Assembly (NCBI GenBank): GCA_020137815.1
Contig: CM035360.1
Location: 6,324,001 to 6,388,000 of the forward strand
Origin: Hormiphora californensis
Lineage: Eukaryota > Animalia > Ctenophora
Reading direction: 5' to 3'
DNA: 64,000 nucleotides
The translations under genes and the position numbers were made by a program. The notes under the pieces are model-generated. The model did not search any database and was not told the DNA's origin. It was given only the letters and a program-made list of their open reading frames with translations. Shown one piece after another: positions 10,191 through 32,844 of the stretch (within the stretch, counting starts at the first letter, position 1; the number at the start of each line of letters is the position of its first letter).

Positions 10191-13100
10191 TGATAATGAA
10201 CTACATTAACCGTAGTATTATGCACTATGCTGCAGGGACATCACACACACACATCACCCACACACATGATATTGATCAAGCCTGAACAACAGGTTATTGA
10301 ATCAATCGACCGTTCAACGGTACGAGGTGCCATCACTGATTTCGTGCAGTTGATCCGAGGATCACGAATTCAATTAATATGTCGTGATTACTGTTTAATA
10401 GCCCAACTGGTCATTCCGAAAAATCAGATACAAACACATTCACATTAATGTGCCGCACTGTATATGAGTTACTCCAACCCTCCAGTTTCAATGCTTGTTT
10501 AACGAAGGAAGTAACCAAGCGATCCACTGGATTCGATATATCTAGGCGCATATCATATTCCCAAAGTACTGATGTAATAGCACTATCTTTATATCGGATA
10601 TCTCGAACAGCAACAATCCTTGTGTTTAAACAGGGTTCCTGCTTTCTAACCAGTTAGGCGTATTAAACAGGGCACATGTTATCTGCAGCGCTCACATATC
10701 ATGATAACTGAACTACATTAACCGTAGTAGTATTAGGCACTATGCTGCAGGGACATCACACACACAACAATCACCCACACACATGATATTGATCAAGCCT
10801 GAACAACAGGTTATTGAATCAATCGACCGTTCAACGGTACGATGGTGCCATCACTGATTTCGTGCAGTTGATCCGAGGATCACGAATTCAATTAATATGT
10901 CGTGATTACTGTTTAATAGCCCAACTGGTCATTCCGAAAAATCAGATACAAACACATTAATGTGCCGCACTGTATATGAGTTACTCCAACCCTCCAGTTT
11001 CAATGCTTGTTTAACGAAGGAAGTAACCAGCGATCCACTGGATTCGATATATCTAGGCCGCATATCATATTCCCACAGTACTGATTTGTAATAGCACTAT
11101 CTTTATATCGGATATCTCGAACAGCAACAATCCTTGTGTTTTAAACAGGGTTCCTGCTTTCTAACCAGTTAGGCGTATATTAAACAGGGCACATGTTATC
11201 TGCAGCGCTCACATATCATGATAATGAACTACATTAACCGTAGTATTATGCACTATGCTGCAGGGACATCACACACACACATCACCCACACACATGATAT
11301 TGATCAAGCTCTGAACAACAGGTTATTGAATCAATCGACCGTTTCAACGGTAAGAGGTGCCATCACTGATTTCGTTGCAGTTGATCCGAGGATCACGAAT
11401 TCAATTAATATGTCGTGATTACTGTTTAATAGCCCAACTGGTCATTCGAAAAATCAGATACAAACACATTAATGTGCCGCACTGTATATGAGTTACTCCA
11501 ACCCTCCAGTTTCAATGCTTGTTTAACGAAGGAAGTAACCAAGCGATCCACTGGATTCGATATATCTAGGTGCATATCATATTCCCACAGTACTGATGTA
11601 ATAGCACTATCTTTATATCGGATATCTCGAACAGCAACAATCCTTGTGTTTAAACAGGGTTCCTGCTTTCTAACCAGTTAGGCGTATTAAACAGGGCACA
11701 TGTTATCTGCAGCGCTCACATATCATGATAATGAACTACATTAACCGTAGTATTATGCACTATGCTGCAGGGACATCACACACACACATCACCCACACAC
11801 ATGATATTGATCAAGCCTGAACAACAGGTTATTGAATCAATCGACCGTTCAACGGTACGAGGTGCCATCACTGATTTCGTGCAGTTGATCCGAGGATCAC
11901 GAATTCAATTAATATGTCGTGATTACTGTTTAATAGCCCAACTGGTCATTCCGAAAATCAGATACAAACACATTAATGTGCCGCACTGTATATGAGTTAC
12001 TCCAACCCTCCAGTTTCAATGCTTGTTTAACGAAGGAAGTAACCAAGCGATCCACTGGATTCGATATATCTAGGCGCATATCATATTCCCACAGTACTGA
12101 TGTAATAGCACTATCTTTATATCGGATATCTCGAACAGCAACAATCCTTGTGTTTAAACAGGGTTCCTGCTTTCTAACCAGTTAGGCGTATTAAACAGGG
12201 CACATGTTATCTGCAGCGCTCACATATCATGATAATGAACTACATTAACGTAGTATTATGCACTATGCTGCAGGGACATCACACACACACATCACCCACA
12301 CACATGATATGATCAAGCCTGAACAACAGGTTATTGAATCCAATCGACCGTTCAACGGTACGAGGTGCATCACTGATTTCGTGCAGTTGATCCGAGGATC
12401 ACGAATTCAATTAATATGTCGTGATTACTGTTTAATAGCCCCAACTGGTCATTCCGAAAAATCAGATACAAACACATTAATGTGCCGCACTGTATATGAG
12501 TTACTCCAACCCTCCAGTTTCAATGCTTGTTTAACGAAGGAAGTAACCAAGCGATCCACTGGATTCGATATATCTAGGCGCATATCATATTCCCACAGTA
12601 TGATGTAATAGCACTATCTTTATATCGGATATCTCGAACAGCAACAATCCTTGTGTTTAAACAGGGTTCCTGCCTTTCTAACCAGTTAGGCGTATTAAAC
12701 AGGGCACATGTTATCTGCAGCGCTCACATATCATGATAATGAACTACATTAACCGTAGTATTATGCACTATGCTGCAGGGACATCACACACACACATCAC
12801 CCACACACATGATATTGATCAAGCCTGAACAACAGGTTATTGAATCAATCGACCGTTCAACGGTACGAGGTGCCATCACTGATTTCGTGCAGTTGATCCG
12901 AGGATCACGAATTCAATTAATATGTCGTGATATTAATTGAATTCGTGATCCTCGGATCAACTGCACGAAATCAGTGATGGCACCTCGTACCGTTGAACGG
13001 TCGATTGGTTTTTTTTTTTTTTTGTCTCAATAACTGTTGTTCAGGCTGATCTAATAGCATGGTTGGGGGTGATGTGTGTGTGTGATGTACCTGACAGCAT

Positions 13101-14470
13101 AGTTGCCATTAATACTACGGGTATGTAGTATTATCATGAAAGTGAGCGCTTTGCATGATTAACCATGTGCCCTGTTAATACGCCTAATGGTTAGAAAGCA
13201 GGAAAGGAACCCTGTTTAACACAAGGATTGTTGCTGTTCGAGATATCCGATAAAAGGATAGTTGACTATTAAATCATTACTGTGGGCATATGAGATGCGC
13301 CTAGATATATCGAATCCCAGTGGAACGCTTGGCTTACTTTCCTTCGTTAAACAAGCATTGAAATGGAGGGTTGGAGTTAACTCATATACAGTGCGGACAC
13401 ATTAATTGTGAATGTGTTTGTTCTAGATTTTTCGGAAATGACCAGTTGGGCTATTAACGGTAATCACGACATATTAATTGAATTCGTGATCTCGGATCAA
13501 CGCCACGAAATCGTGATGCACATCGTACCGTTGAACGGTCGATTGATCTCAATAACCTGTTGTTCAGGCTTGATTCAATATCATGTGGGGGGGTGAATGT
13601 TGTGTGTGATGTCCATGACCAGCATAGTGATAATACTACGTTAATGTAGTCATTATCATGAATGTGAGCGCTGCAGATAACTGTGCCCTGTTTATAGCAT
13701 ACTGGTTAGAAAGCAGGAACCTGTTTAAACACAAGGATTGTTGCTGTTCGCGATAATCCGATAATAAAGATAGTGCTATTTACATCAGTACTGTGGGAAT
13801 ATGATATGCGCTAGATATATCCGAATCCAGTGGATCGCTGGTTCTTCCTTCGGATAACAAGCATTAGAAAAATGGAGGTTTGGAGTAACTCAATACAGTG
13901 CGGACATAATGTCTTGTATATGATTTTGCGGAATGACCAGGTGGCTATTTAAAACAGTAATAACCGACATTTAATTGAATTCGTGACTCGGATCCAATCT
14001 GCACGAAATCCGTGATGGCACCTCGTACCGTTGAACGGTTTCGATTGATTCAATAACCTGTTGTTCAGGCTTGATAAATATCATGTGTGTGGGTGAGTGT
14101 GGTGTGATGTCCATGCAGCATAGGTGCATAATACTACGGTTCATGTAGTTATTATCATGTATATGTTGAGCGCGCATGATAACATGTGGCCCGTTTAAGA
14201 CGACTAACTGGTTAGAAAGCAGGAACCCTGTTTAAACACAAGGATTGTTGCTGTTCGAGATATCCGATATAAAGATAGTGCTATTACATCAGTACTGTGG
14301 GAATATGATATGCGCCTAGATATATCGAATCCAGTGGATCGCTTGGTTACTTCCTTCGTTAAACAAGCATTGAAACTGGAGGGTTGGAGTAACTCATATA
14401 CAGTGCGGCACATTAATGTGTTTGTATCTGATTTTTCGGAATGACCAGTTGGGCTATTAAACAGTAATCA
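10191..14470. mobile_element. TSD-flanked head-to-head concatemer of a ~505-bp structured unit (retrozyme-like candidate)
   Basis: About 5.4 forward units (10191-12930) and about 3 inverted units (12931-14470). Flanking direct repeat cttcaccagtta at 10179-10190 and 14471-14482. Confidence 0.75.
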
Positions 14471-14797
14471 CTTCACCAGTTAGATCCCAGATCTCCAACT
14501 TTATATCATCACAGTGGCCATAAAGAAATAATAATTTTCAGCCCAAATTACTGTCAATCATCCCTTGAAATATCCAACAACAAGAAGAAAAAGAAGATGG
14601 ATGTAGCAGCAGCTGTCATTTCAACAAAGCTGTCAAAAAGGATCATTACAAAAAAATGCGATAGAAAATTAATATTTTGACAGTTCTGAGAGAGTTAGCA
14701 AAGTTGTATTCCGTGTATTCTATTTTTTCTAACTTCCTACCGTTTAGAGGGAAAATTCGATGTGTGTGACGAGAAGTTGTCAACAAGATGTCAACCA

Positions 14798-14922
<125 letters not shown>

Positions 14923-16535
14923 CGGTCTACGGATATAGATTAAACTTAAGTTTGACGAAATCTTCAAGATTATAAACTGTATAGAGAAAGAAGTAAAGGA
15001 AAAGTGTATCGATATACGTCAGAACCACCAACCCCTATAATGCGTAGTCACGCGGTAGTGCCTTTGCCTAAAGCGAAAGCCGAAAGCGGGGAGTTTAGAC
15101 TGGTTCGTTTGTCACCGGGGCAAATGAATAATACAAGGTAAGCAGTTTGTGATGTGGAATTGAGAACTCAAGATGGAATGTGACGTAGTGATGATAAAAA
15201 AGAGATATATAGGGTTTGGTGATAATTAGTGCAAAAGAGGTGTGAGTAGTGAGCTAGTTTACAAAAGATTAACAAAAGAACGAGATTGAGAGGGGATAGA
15301 GCGAGAACTGAGAGGGATAGTGCTAGAGAGTGAGATATAACATCTGAATAGAGCTCTATAGAAGAGAGAGAGAGAGAGATCCTGTCTTCCAGCTATCGGA
15401 GATAGCGAGAGAGAGTAGAGTAGAGAGCTCTGAGATAGCTAGAAGGATAGTCGATCTCTCTCTATCTCTAGCGCCTCTCTCTCTCTCTCTCTCGCTCGTC
15501 ATAGCGATATATAAAGAGATCTCTATATAGCGCTATATCTATCGTCTCTCTCCTGGATGAGACAACGCCCAAGGCTGACAAACCCTTCATGCCCCCTGCC
15601 ATTGCTGCAGCTGGTATAGTTAGACGCACATATAGAACATTGCACGTACTGCCCCCACAAATATAGAAGCAAGTAATGATAATGACTCATCACCATCATC
15701 ATCACCCAAAAACATGACAATTATCACGGGGGGGGGGGGGGGGGCACGGAACTGCTGTACCTCTCAAAACAAGAACCGGAGAGAGATCAATTAGACATGT
15801 ATGAGGTCAGTTGCCCAAAATAGGCCCATGATGACGAGATAGTCGAAGACCGAGAGAGACAAGACCAGATAGTCGGAGAGCGAGAGAGGCAAATCGTTAC
15901 TCAAACAGCAAACTGAGAGATAAGATGAATTAAAGCATATTGTTTACAATTAAAATCAGCTGACCTCTCAAACATCCTAATGTTATAAAGCATTGAATAA
16001 GTGGCTAGTACAATGGTCTAACGTGAGTTTCGTTGCACAAATTAGAACGACTATTAGGGTTATGTTACGCTACAACAATTGTTTCATTACGGCCCTTTAT
16101 ACCCTAATCACTGGAGACAATGAAAGATATGCCTGACATATTACTTGAGACGTGTCTATAATGCACTTGTAACTCCTCCTTCCAACCCTGTTTTGAGAAT
16201 GAAACAGAGAATGAAACAGAGAATGAGAGAGAGAATGAACACAAAGAGGGAGACGGTGCTTTTGAAACCTTTCAACACCGTTATACTTAAAAGTAATGAG
16301 TTTTACTAAAACCCGTTTGAGGAATTCCGCCGCCTTTCCCATTTTGTTAATCTTTGTATCAGCCGAAAGAAGTGACATTTGCATTGTAACAGATCATAAG
16401 GAATTTATGTGTCACTGATTATACTTACTGTCCCCAAAGTTTCTCCAAATATAAATTATCAAGTTCTAATCCAAACTGATCTCACTCTCCTGTGTCAACT
16501 AATCCAAACTGAACTAACCCACCCCCCTCTTGCAG

Positions 16536-23992
<7,457 letters not shown>

Positions 23993-24413
23993 AATAATGT
24001 TTTGTAAATTGAGCTATCTTTTAATTTCACCTATATGTGTGTGTAATATTCGTTTTTTGTGCTGCATTTTCTGTGAATTCGATGCCTCATGGTTGTCGAA
24101 TGTTGCAGGTCTCATGTGTATTGTGTGCGAGTCACTGAATTCAATTGTTATTTGATACTAGTTCTTCTAAAAATACAAATACTCGTGTTTTGAATCTTTG
24201 AGTTTATCAAGCTTGCCGAATCCAATAAAGAGACTGTATCTTTTATCCCATCTCTCCTACCCATCAAATTTACATTCGGCAAGCTTGGGCTTTGGTAAAC
24301 ACTGGTATTGTGAAATAGAACGAAATGGTAAATTGGATAATAAAATAGCTTCAGGGAAGATACAGCTATAAATGTGTCTAGATTCGCCCTCAAACATGGG
24401 GTTAGAACAATAA

Positions 24414-26444
24414 TCAGTTACTTCGTGTCCTACTCCTACTAGGGGTCCTAGGCCGATAATTCAGATTATTTGCACACCCACTACCTCGTCTAGTGTACAC
24501 CACACTCCTCTCTCTCCTAGTTCCACAAGTATATCCAGCTCCATTTTGGAGAACTGGTATAACGGCATTCTGGTGTTCCCCCAGACCCCTCATCTCCATG
24601 AGAGACTGTCCCCCTGCACTCCCTACACTCTTCCTCCCATTATTATAAGCTGTGGATACCCGCCTGCTGAGCGTGGATATCCTCCTAGAGACTGTTAACT
24701 TTAGCTCTTGTCCAAACAGGAAGTGAATCAGGGGATTCATATTACTGTTTATTAGCATGCTTAAATCGTACCAGTTTATCACATAGCAAAACACCTCAGG
24801 TCGGCATTCTATTCGCTGGATGGAGCCTTCAAAGGCACCACTGAAACCCATAGTTCGTAGCACCATGACACTGTCGTAAAATATGACGAATGAGTAGACG
24901 AGGAGGTAGAGAGAGTGTCATAGAGATGATCTTCTTCAGAACGATGGAGACCTCCCCTCCTGACTGTCCCCTGGATGCGGTGTAGAATGCCAGATGCCAC
25001 ACTGAGAAGGAGAGAGAGGGGAGTCAGGGGAGAGGGTTCAATATATTGCAATATATGCTGAATATTGCACTGTACAATATGGGGGAGGTTCTGTCAGAGC
25101 ATTGGCCATGGCCCTATAGTGCGTGGGAACTGTGGTCAAAGCATTGTCCTGACAGGGGAGGTTATAAAGTACGGGGTCTCTATGGATATCTTCATGTACT
25201 AACCAGTTGCAAAGTTGGATACAATAAGAATTGTGAGGGGTATGTACAGTAGACTAGTTTCCAGAACATCATAAACAATGTGAAATCCTTCATCAATCAG
25301 CCAGACATATTGGCAGCTCGCCCAGTAGAAGTTGAACTTGAACTCAGCAAACAGAAGTGGGAGAATCCCATACGACAGAAATGTTAGACTCTGAAATAGG
25401 GAGTGGTTGTGTCAGATCTTTTTTGAAAAATGGAGAACACCAGTAACTCATCCCAAACAGTCGGCTATCTACTAGCCGATTTATTTAGTAAACAACTAGT
25501 CCTACAACAACAACTCACCCAGAGGATGATAACCATAATCCAGACCATCCTTATCTTGATGATCCGTTTATAGTGCAGTGGTTTCAGTATCGCTACCGCC
25601 CTGATTAGGGACGCCTCCGCCAAGTTGACCAGAGTGACCGAGGGCATCCACGCCAACAGCACTGCAGTAGAGTTATCAATTAGGGGCTTAGCTGGTTAGT
25701 GGTTAATTGGGTCTCGGTTAAACAATTAATCAATTTATTTTGTGGTGCACTGACAGCCTCATACACACATAGTTATCCAACTAACACACAGTTCATGATA
25801 CCTGCAAAAGTGCGACACAGAACGTCATCCAGGGCTCCTTTATCAAACCACTCTCTCTTGAAATAGAAGTGGACCCCTTTATGGAACCCAATAAAACCTG
25901 TTATCAAATCTGATATCGCTGAAAAGAGAGGGAGACTCTGATAGGTCTTAAAAACATGCTCAAGATAAAATTCAAACTCGAATATTATGAATTTTAAATT
26001 TGAACCAGGCACGGTGACCATCATGATTGTGTGTTATATCTTACCAAGGTTTAGAAAGAGGAAGTAGCTGATATTTGAGGCACCATTCTTTTGTCCATAG
26101 TTGTGTAGAACCACACAATTACACAGGATGGAGGTCAGACCAAGCAGGAAATGGACTGTACCAAGACTGTACTCTGTTGAGAAAGAGCTGTGATTAGACG
26201 AGGGGTTTGAGTGTTATTCGGCAAACCGTTGTACCTCCTAAATGGTTCTCTCCAGAAGGAGCTACATATAGCAATGATCCATTGAAGCTAAACAGTAAAC
26301 TAGACAAATGGAAGCAACTCACCTATAGAATCAATAAGTAGCAAGTGTTCAGTTTTGTTGTCCAAAATTTCTCTGAGATATTCATCACAACTATCTTCTT
26401 CTAGACCGTGGCTACTACCATGAACTCCCAGGGTCATTCTGAAC
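24414..26444 (-). CDS. Class A (rhodopsin-like) GPCR, multi-exon, start exon not located
   Basis: TM1 ...ILCNCVVL, TM2 FLNL|AISDLITG, TM3 ...SLIRAVAILKPLHYKRI, TM4 VWIMVIILW, TM7 LNP-like segment, and a Ser/Arg-rich C-tail ending at 24414. Confidence 0.75.
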
Positions 26445-26843
26445 TAGGGACATAGAGAGTAATATAAATAATAGATATGAAGTAAAGACTCTCAATCTAT
26501 GTGAGTATTTATATTGAGTAACTCAACAAAGCAAGGCAACCGAAACAATACAACAATCAATTTTGGTCGCTGCTTTTAGTATTTAACTCCTTATATTTGT
26601 TGAGTAAGGGTTGGACCCATTACTTAACAGACGCGCCATTAAATCAAGACAATGCCATGCATATAAGCAGCTTATAAAAGCATATAAGTACTGATCAGTA
26701 CGCGTACGTACAAAGAAATTGTTTTGTTCAAACCCATTTCCAAGCTAGGCAACAAAGACATAAATATTAACTGCTGTTCATTGATATTTGATGGGAATCG
26801 TTATCTGCAGGCACGGGAGAGAGTACTGTATATATATATAGTT

Positions 26844-26922
26844 ATTATAATGTCTTTCTTTGTTCCAAATCCAATAGGCTTTTATATATAAAAGCCTATT
26901 GGAACAAAGAAAGACATTATAA
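26844..26922. repeat. AT-rich ~79-bp near-perfect hairpin
   Basis: ttataatgtctttctttgttcc...ccaataggcttttata|tataaaagcctattggaacaaagaaagacattataa. Confidence 0.85.
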
Positions 26923-28472
26923 ACATAACTATGTTGCTATATCAGCTGAGTGCTACTAGAGATTGTCAAGGACCAAGACAATGTCATAGATTGTGTACTA
27001 ATAGTACATATGACAGTCAATTACCATGTCTACTGTCTAACAAAACGATGCAATTGCATATCAGTAACTGTCATAAACACATATTAGTTAATTGCATAAC
27101 GATTAATATTAATGTGTCAGTTTCGGATATTTAATACTCAATAGCTTTTGCAAAAGTCAAAAAAGTTTCTAATTCAGAAGATAAGAGGGTATATACTTGT
27201 CAGCCTATGTTTTAGGAATATAGGCTAAAATCTATTTTTAGAGAAAAACTAATTACTGAATGATGGAAATATATCTTGGCGTATTACAGCGTGTGAGAGC
27301 CATAGCTGTTCAACTGGATTTTTTCTTTCCATCTCTCCCTCTTTATCTCCCTCCCTCTCTCTCTCTCTCTCTTTCTCTTTCTCCTTTAATTACTAATTGT
27401 AGCATGTGGTTTTCAACGATGAAGTCGTCCACTGAAAAGTGAAAAAGGATGGTCTAAAGACGGTATAGATTCTTGATATCTTTCGTCATATCTTTATTCA
27501 TAAAAAGCTATTATTGCTGGCTAAAAGGATCAACATAAAGGATTGTTGGATCACACATATTCTCTTGAACGTGATAAAAACGAGTTAAATCATTTAAATG
27601 TAACCGCAGCAGGACGTTGGGCACACGAGGGCGATTTCAACCCACATAACTATAACCTTACCACACTGGGAAGGTCACATGACGCGGCATACGTGGGATA
27701 TATGTTTATATCACATATTAGAATAAACTCTGGACATCAATCGGATACGGGATAAGCTTAGTGATCAGTGACTAATAGTCACTAAGCCTTTACTTAGTGT
27801 TTCTCTGTGTGTTTCCTGAGCACTTTCTCTGGAACTCTAATCCCCTGGTAAACAAATGTATCACCACTAATTATAACACCCATTAACACACCATATAACA
27901 CTACCTCTCTATCGGCAACTTGGCGCATCAATAGTATAACTTTTGGATATTATACAAGAGCAATATATTGGCATATATTGTTAGAGGAGAGCTGTCTCTG
28001 TGTGTCTCTGTGTGTTGTTGGTGCTGTCTCTGTGTGTGGTGTTGGTATAGGTGGGTCAATTAACAGCGGAACGGAGCTTAGCTAACACATCCCCACACAG
28101 ATAGAGACATCTCTCTACCTCCTCCACAGATAGCTGATATATAGAGACATGCAGCTCTTCTATCTCAGATAGAGCAGCTCTTTTTTCGAGACAGACACAG
28201 AGCTCTGCGGCCATGCGACATGGTAATACATTAGGTACACGTGGAAAGCTAGCTAACCTGTGTGTCTTGCAGAGATTTATAGAACACATCCAATTCTTAT
28301 ATAGACCACTTGGAACAATATGAATGATAAAGAAAGGAACAATATGAATAATAAAGAAAGGCTAATATAGAACGAACTATGTGCATTCGGTCTGGTTGGA
28401 TGAAGTTCTAACGTGCTACTGCTCATTATCATTTATGATTTACAATTATTAAAAAGGCAATAAACACGTTAA

Positions 28473-29142
28473 AGTAAGAGTGGCGCGCCGTGTTTTCTCA
28501 CAAAACTTAGTGGATGAACGGGGAGTACCACCAGGACCATTGGTACGGTATCGAAAATTTCCAATTCTGTCTCGTTCATTAGTTATGACGTAATATGTTC
28601 ATTATTTCAACTTTTATAAAATTGTTCTACAGAAAAATCTGTGCATTGTGGATTGAAATGGATGCTTGCATCGTGTTCAGCGTCAAAAAATAGCCGGGGT
28701 ACCAAATTTTGGTGTCTCTACCTTGTCTGTGACGCGAGATATTGACAAATATAAAAAACAACCAAAATGGGTGAGAGAGAGTTTGTTATCTTTGGGTGCT
28801 AGTTATTTGTGCGCGCCACCCAACTGTAACAAACTCTCTTTCTCTCACTTTGGTCGTTTTTGATAATTGTCGATATCTCGCGTCATAGACAAGGTAGAGA
28901 CACCAACATTTGGTACCCCGGCTATTTTTTGATGCTGAACACGATGCAAGCATCCATTTCAATCCACAATGCACAGATTTTTCTGTAGAGCAATTTTATA
29001 AAAGTTGAAATAATGAACATATTACGTCATAACTAATGAACGAGACAGAATTGGAAATTTTCGATACCGTACCAATGGTCCTGGTGGTACTCCCCGTTCA
29101 TCCACTAAGTTTTGTGAGAAAACACGGCGCGCCAATCTTACT
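28473..29142. mobile_element. Foldback non-autonomous transposon, TTAA TSD (Kolobok-like AG..CT ends)
   Basis: ~310-bp inverted arms with few mismatches. TTAA at 28469-28472 and 29143-29146. Confidence 0.85.
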
Positions 29143-29412
29143 TTAAACTTTACATACGCTTTTACGAACAAACCATTAAATCAATGGCATTTTAATTGAG
29201 GTCCTGATAGAAAGGGTATATTCAACCAAGGGGTGACACATTGACAGATCGAATAGTTCTTGGGGCAATATAGTCTTCTCTCCCCCGCTATCGTCCTCTC
29301 TCCGCCTCTAGTCTCATTTCTCTCTCTCCCTCACTCTCTCTCTCTATCTTTCTCTCTCTCCCCTGTAAGTCCATCTACCTCACATTTCAGCAATCCAATA
29401 GTTTAATAAAGA

Positions 29413-29760
29413 ATGGGGAGCTCAATATATAAGGAACTTGTGAGAGTGTATCCCCGCTTCATTAAATATTGTTATTACTATTTGTTTGTCGGTGAGTTCT
29501 ATAGGGAAGATAGTATCTTCTTGGAAGGTATCTTCCAAAGATACCTCCCAAAAAAGTGCAGATATATCAACCAACAACTCAACAAGGTGCTCCATTATGT
29601 TTCTTTTAAATTGCATCTAAAATTGCAGTCTCTGTCTAGTAGTAGTGGACTCTGTAAACAGTCTACAGAGTCCATAAAGAGAGCAGTTTTAGATGCAATT
29701 AATACTGAAATTAATCTCAACCATGGTGGAGACGGCCTCAAAGAAGAAGAAGAATACTGA
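29413..29760 (+). CDS. Hypothetical 115-aa ORF
   Basis: ATG-initiated, non-repetitive ORF shortly downstream of a tttcag acceptor. No recognisable motif. Confidence 0.3.
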   Translation: MGSSIYKELVRVYPRFIKYCYYYLFVGEFYREDSIFLEGIFQRYLPKKCRYINQQLNKVLHYVSFKLHLKLQSLSSSSGLCKQSTESIKRAVLDAINTEINLNHGGDGLKEEEEY

Positions 29761-31639
29761 ACAAATTGGCATCCAAACATCCAAGTGTAGCAAGACACGT
29801 ACCTACCCATAAAAACTCACATTCACTCACAGAGCACAATATCAAATAACACATTTCAAAGGGGCCCAGTCCCGGGAAATCTGTATCAAATTGAGTTTTC
29901 CCGGCGCCCCAAAAGCTTACACAGTTGATCAGATCTACTACTGGTGCTCGAACATACAGACCTGCTGCTAGGTCAGCTAATTACAGTGTAACATTTTTAC
30001 ACTGCCATGTTGTAGTCATATGATGTATGGGTTGCAACTGGCTTCAATCTTCATTAACCAGAATTGGGGGTATTCGGCAATGATGGCAATATAATATTGG
30101 GTATTAGCGATATTGCATTCGATATTGCATTCGTTTTCGTCTTCATAAAACCGTACTATTTATAGCTACTACCATCTACTGTATACTTGGCCGCGAACAC
30201 AGAGCTGGGTGCGACGCTGTCAAGCCAATGCTCTGACCAGTGACTAAAACTGCAGTTCTCCTGTCAGGCCACTGACCACAGTTCTCGCGCGAGAAATGAA
30301 AATAGGGTCAGGCCAATGCTCTGACAGCAGTTCTCGGCCTTATTTGAAAGAAATGAGAATAGGTCAGGCATAGTAGGTGTTAATGGACAATAACGTCTGC
30401 TACATTTGCTAGATAGCTGTTTCTAGGACGACATGGCGGTATATTGATTTACATTAGCACCTGCAGGACGGACTAAAAGGGTTCATGGTGGCATAGTTTG
30501 CCTTCCCCGCGCCCAGCAAATACATGAATGGTAATATTCAGAATATGTAATGAAGAGGGTTTGAACAAAACAAGGTACAGTACAGCTACTTCAGCTATGC
30601 AATGCTACCATCTGAGGTCGTCAAATGCAAGCTTTTAAGCCTCATGGAAACACGTTGGGTTTAGAATTATGAAATTTCCTAAATAATACTGAAACTCTAA
30701 GTCGACTCAGTATTTCTATAGAACCATAGCTCTATAGAGCTTCATATTAATAATAGAAACATTGAACAGAAAGTGTGGAACTGCGCATAAAATATTAACT
30801 CTGTTTATGTTTTTCTAAACTCCATGGAGTTTTATGGAGCTCCATAAAATTCTGTCTAACGACACCAAACAGATAAAACTGTAACCTTACAGCTAACAGT
30901 TGACAGACGTCAGGGATCCGTCAGCAATTGTAAGTTGTAACTCGGGGTGAGATGACGAGATGTCTCATAATCACAATATGCAACAGATTGTGTGCCGATG
31001 TGTCACATAGTGTTGTAACAAGTGCCGAACAATGACCCCCTCATGGGTCATTAGATAATGGGGCCCTAAAGAACTGCACCCCTCCCTCCACAGATGGATT
31101 GCAGCTGTCACACATACATGGCAGGGGGAATGGAATGGGAGAAATAGAATGGGACATATTATACATGGCAGCTAGGGGAAAGGGAGATTGGGAGACAGGG
31201 GAACATGGGAGATTGGGACTCATGAAAGAAATGGGCGAGTGGCCAAGTGGGCCTTTAGAGAGATATTCACATAACTTAACTAAACCACTTCACAGATCCC
31301 CTGTTGCTACTGAGTCACGACTCACGTTGTAGCAATCTCCCGTCCATAAGAGCCAATATAACAGCACAAAGTCATTATATATAATATGGGGATCCTAAAG
31401 AACTGCAGCAGCTCAACCCTTGTTCTCCCACCCTCAACAACTCAACCCCAGATCGCTTTCCCTGCACAGCTGCCAACACAATACCTAACAACACACCAAC
31501 AATGCTACACTGACGTTAGGGACTCTGGAGAAAGTTATTAGGGAGATTGGCAAAAAGTTATCAGGCAAAATGGCGCAGGTAGCAGGCTGATTAATTACAT
31601 CGTTATCCTTGGCCTGGCCCAATGCCAAATATATATCTT

Positions 31640-32530
<891 letters not shown>

Positions 32531-32844
32531 CTGTCACGGTCCTGAAATTTATTATCATAATTATTCATTGTGCGCGCAACAACAGCAAACATGAAAATGT
32601 AATGCGCGAAAAATTATAAACTGCAACTACGCGGCTTCAAAATGCGCGCGCGTATGGCTGTTAAATTGGCATTCAAATTTTAAACGAAACTGGTCCTCCC
32701 CCCTTTTTTTTCTAAACTTTTCTCCTTTTTCTGTTTTCTTCTCTTAGGCTTTTTAGCAGCCCCCTCCCGCATTCCCCTGCATCACGAGGGCCACCAGTGT
32801 AGCAGTGTTTGCGAATCCCCCTGTTTTAATTTTGAAAGTATTAA

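Noticed and set aside
10227-14413. Repeated 69-77 aa ORFs in the 505-bp unit
   Set aside because: They recur only because the unit is repeated, have no recognisable motif and are not endless ORFs.
14370-14430. Twister-like GGAGGGTTGG and HDV-like TCCTCG motifs in the 505-bp unit
   Set aside because: The required partner elements (the L4 CCC/AAGC loop; GG for P1.1) are absent, so no ribozyme call is supportable.
28056-28289. 77-aa minus-strand ORF
   Set aside because: Could be an exon, but I found no motif or partner exons to support it.
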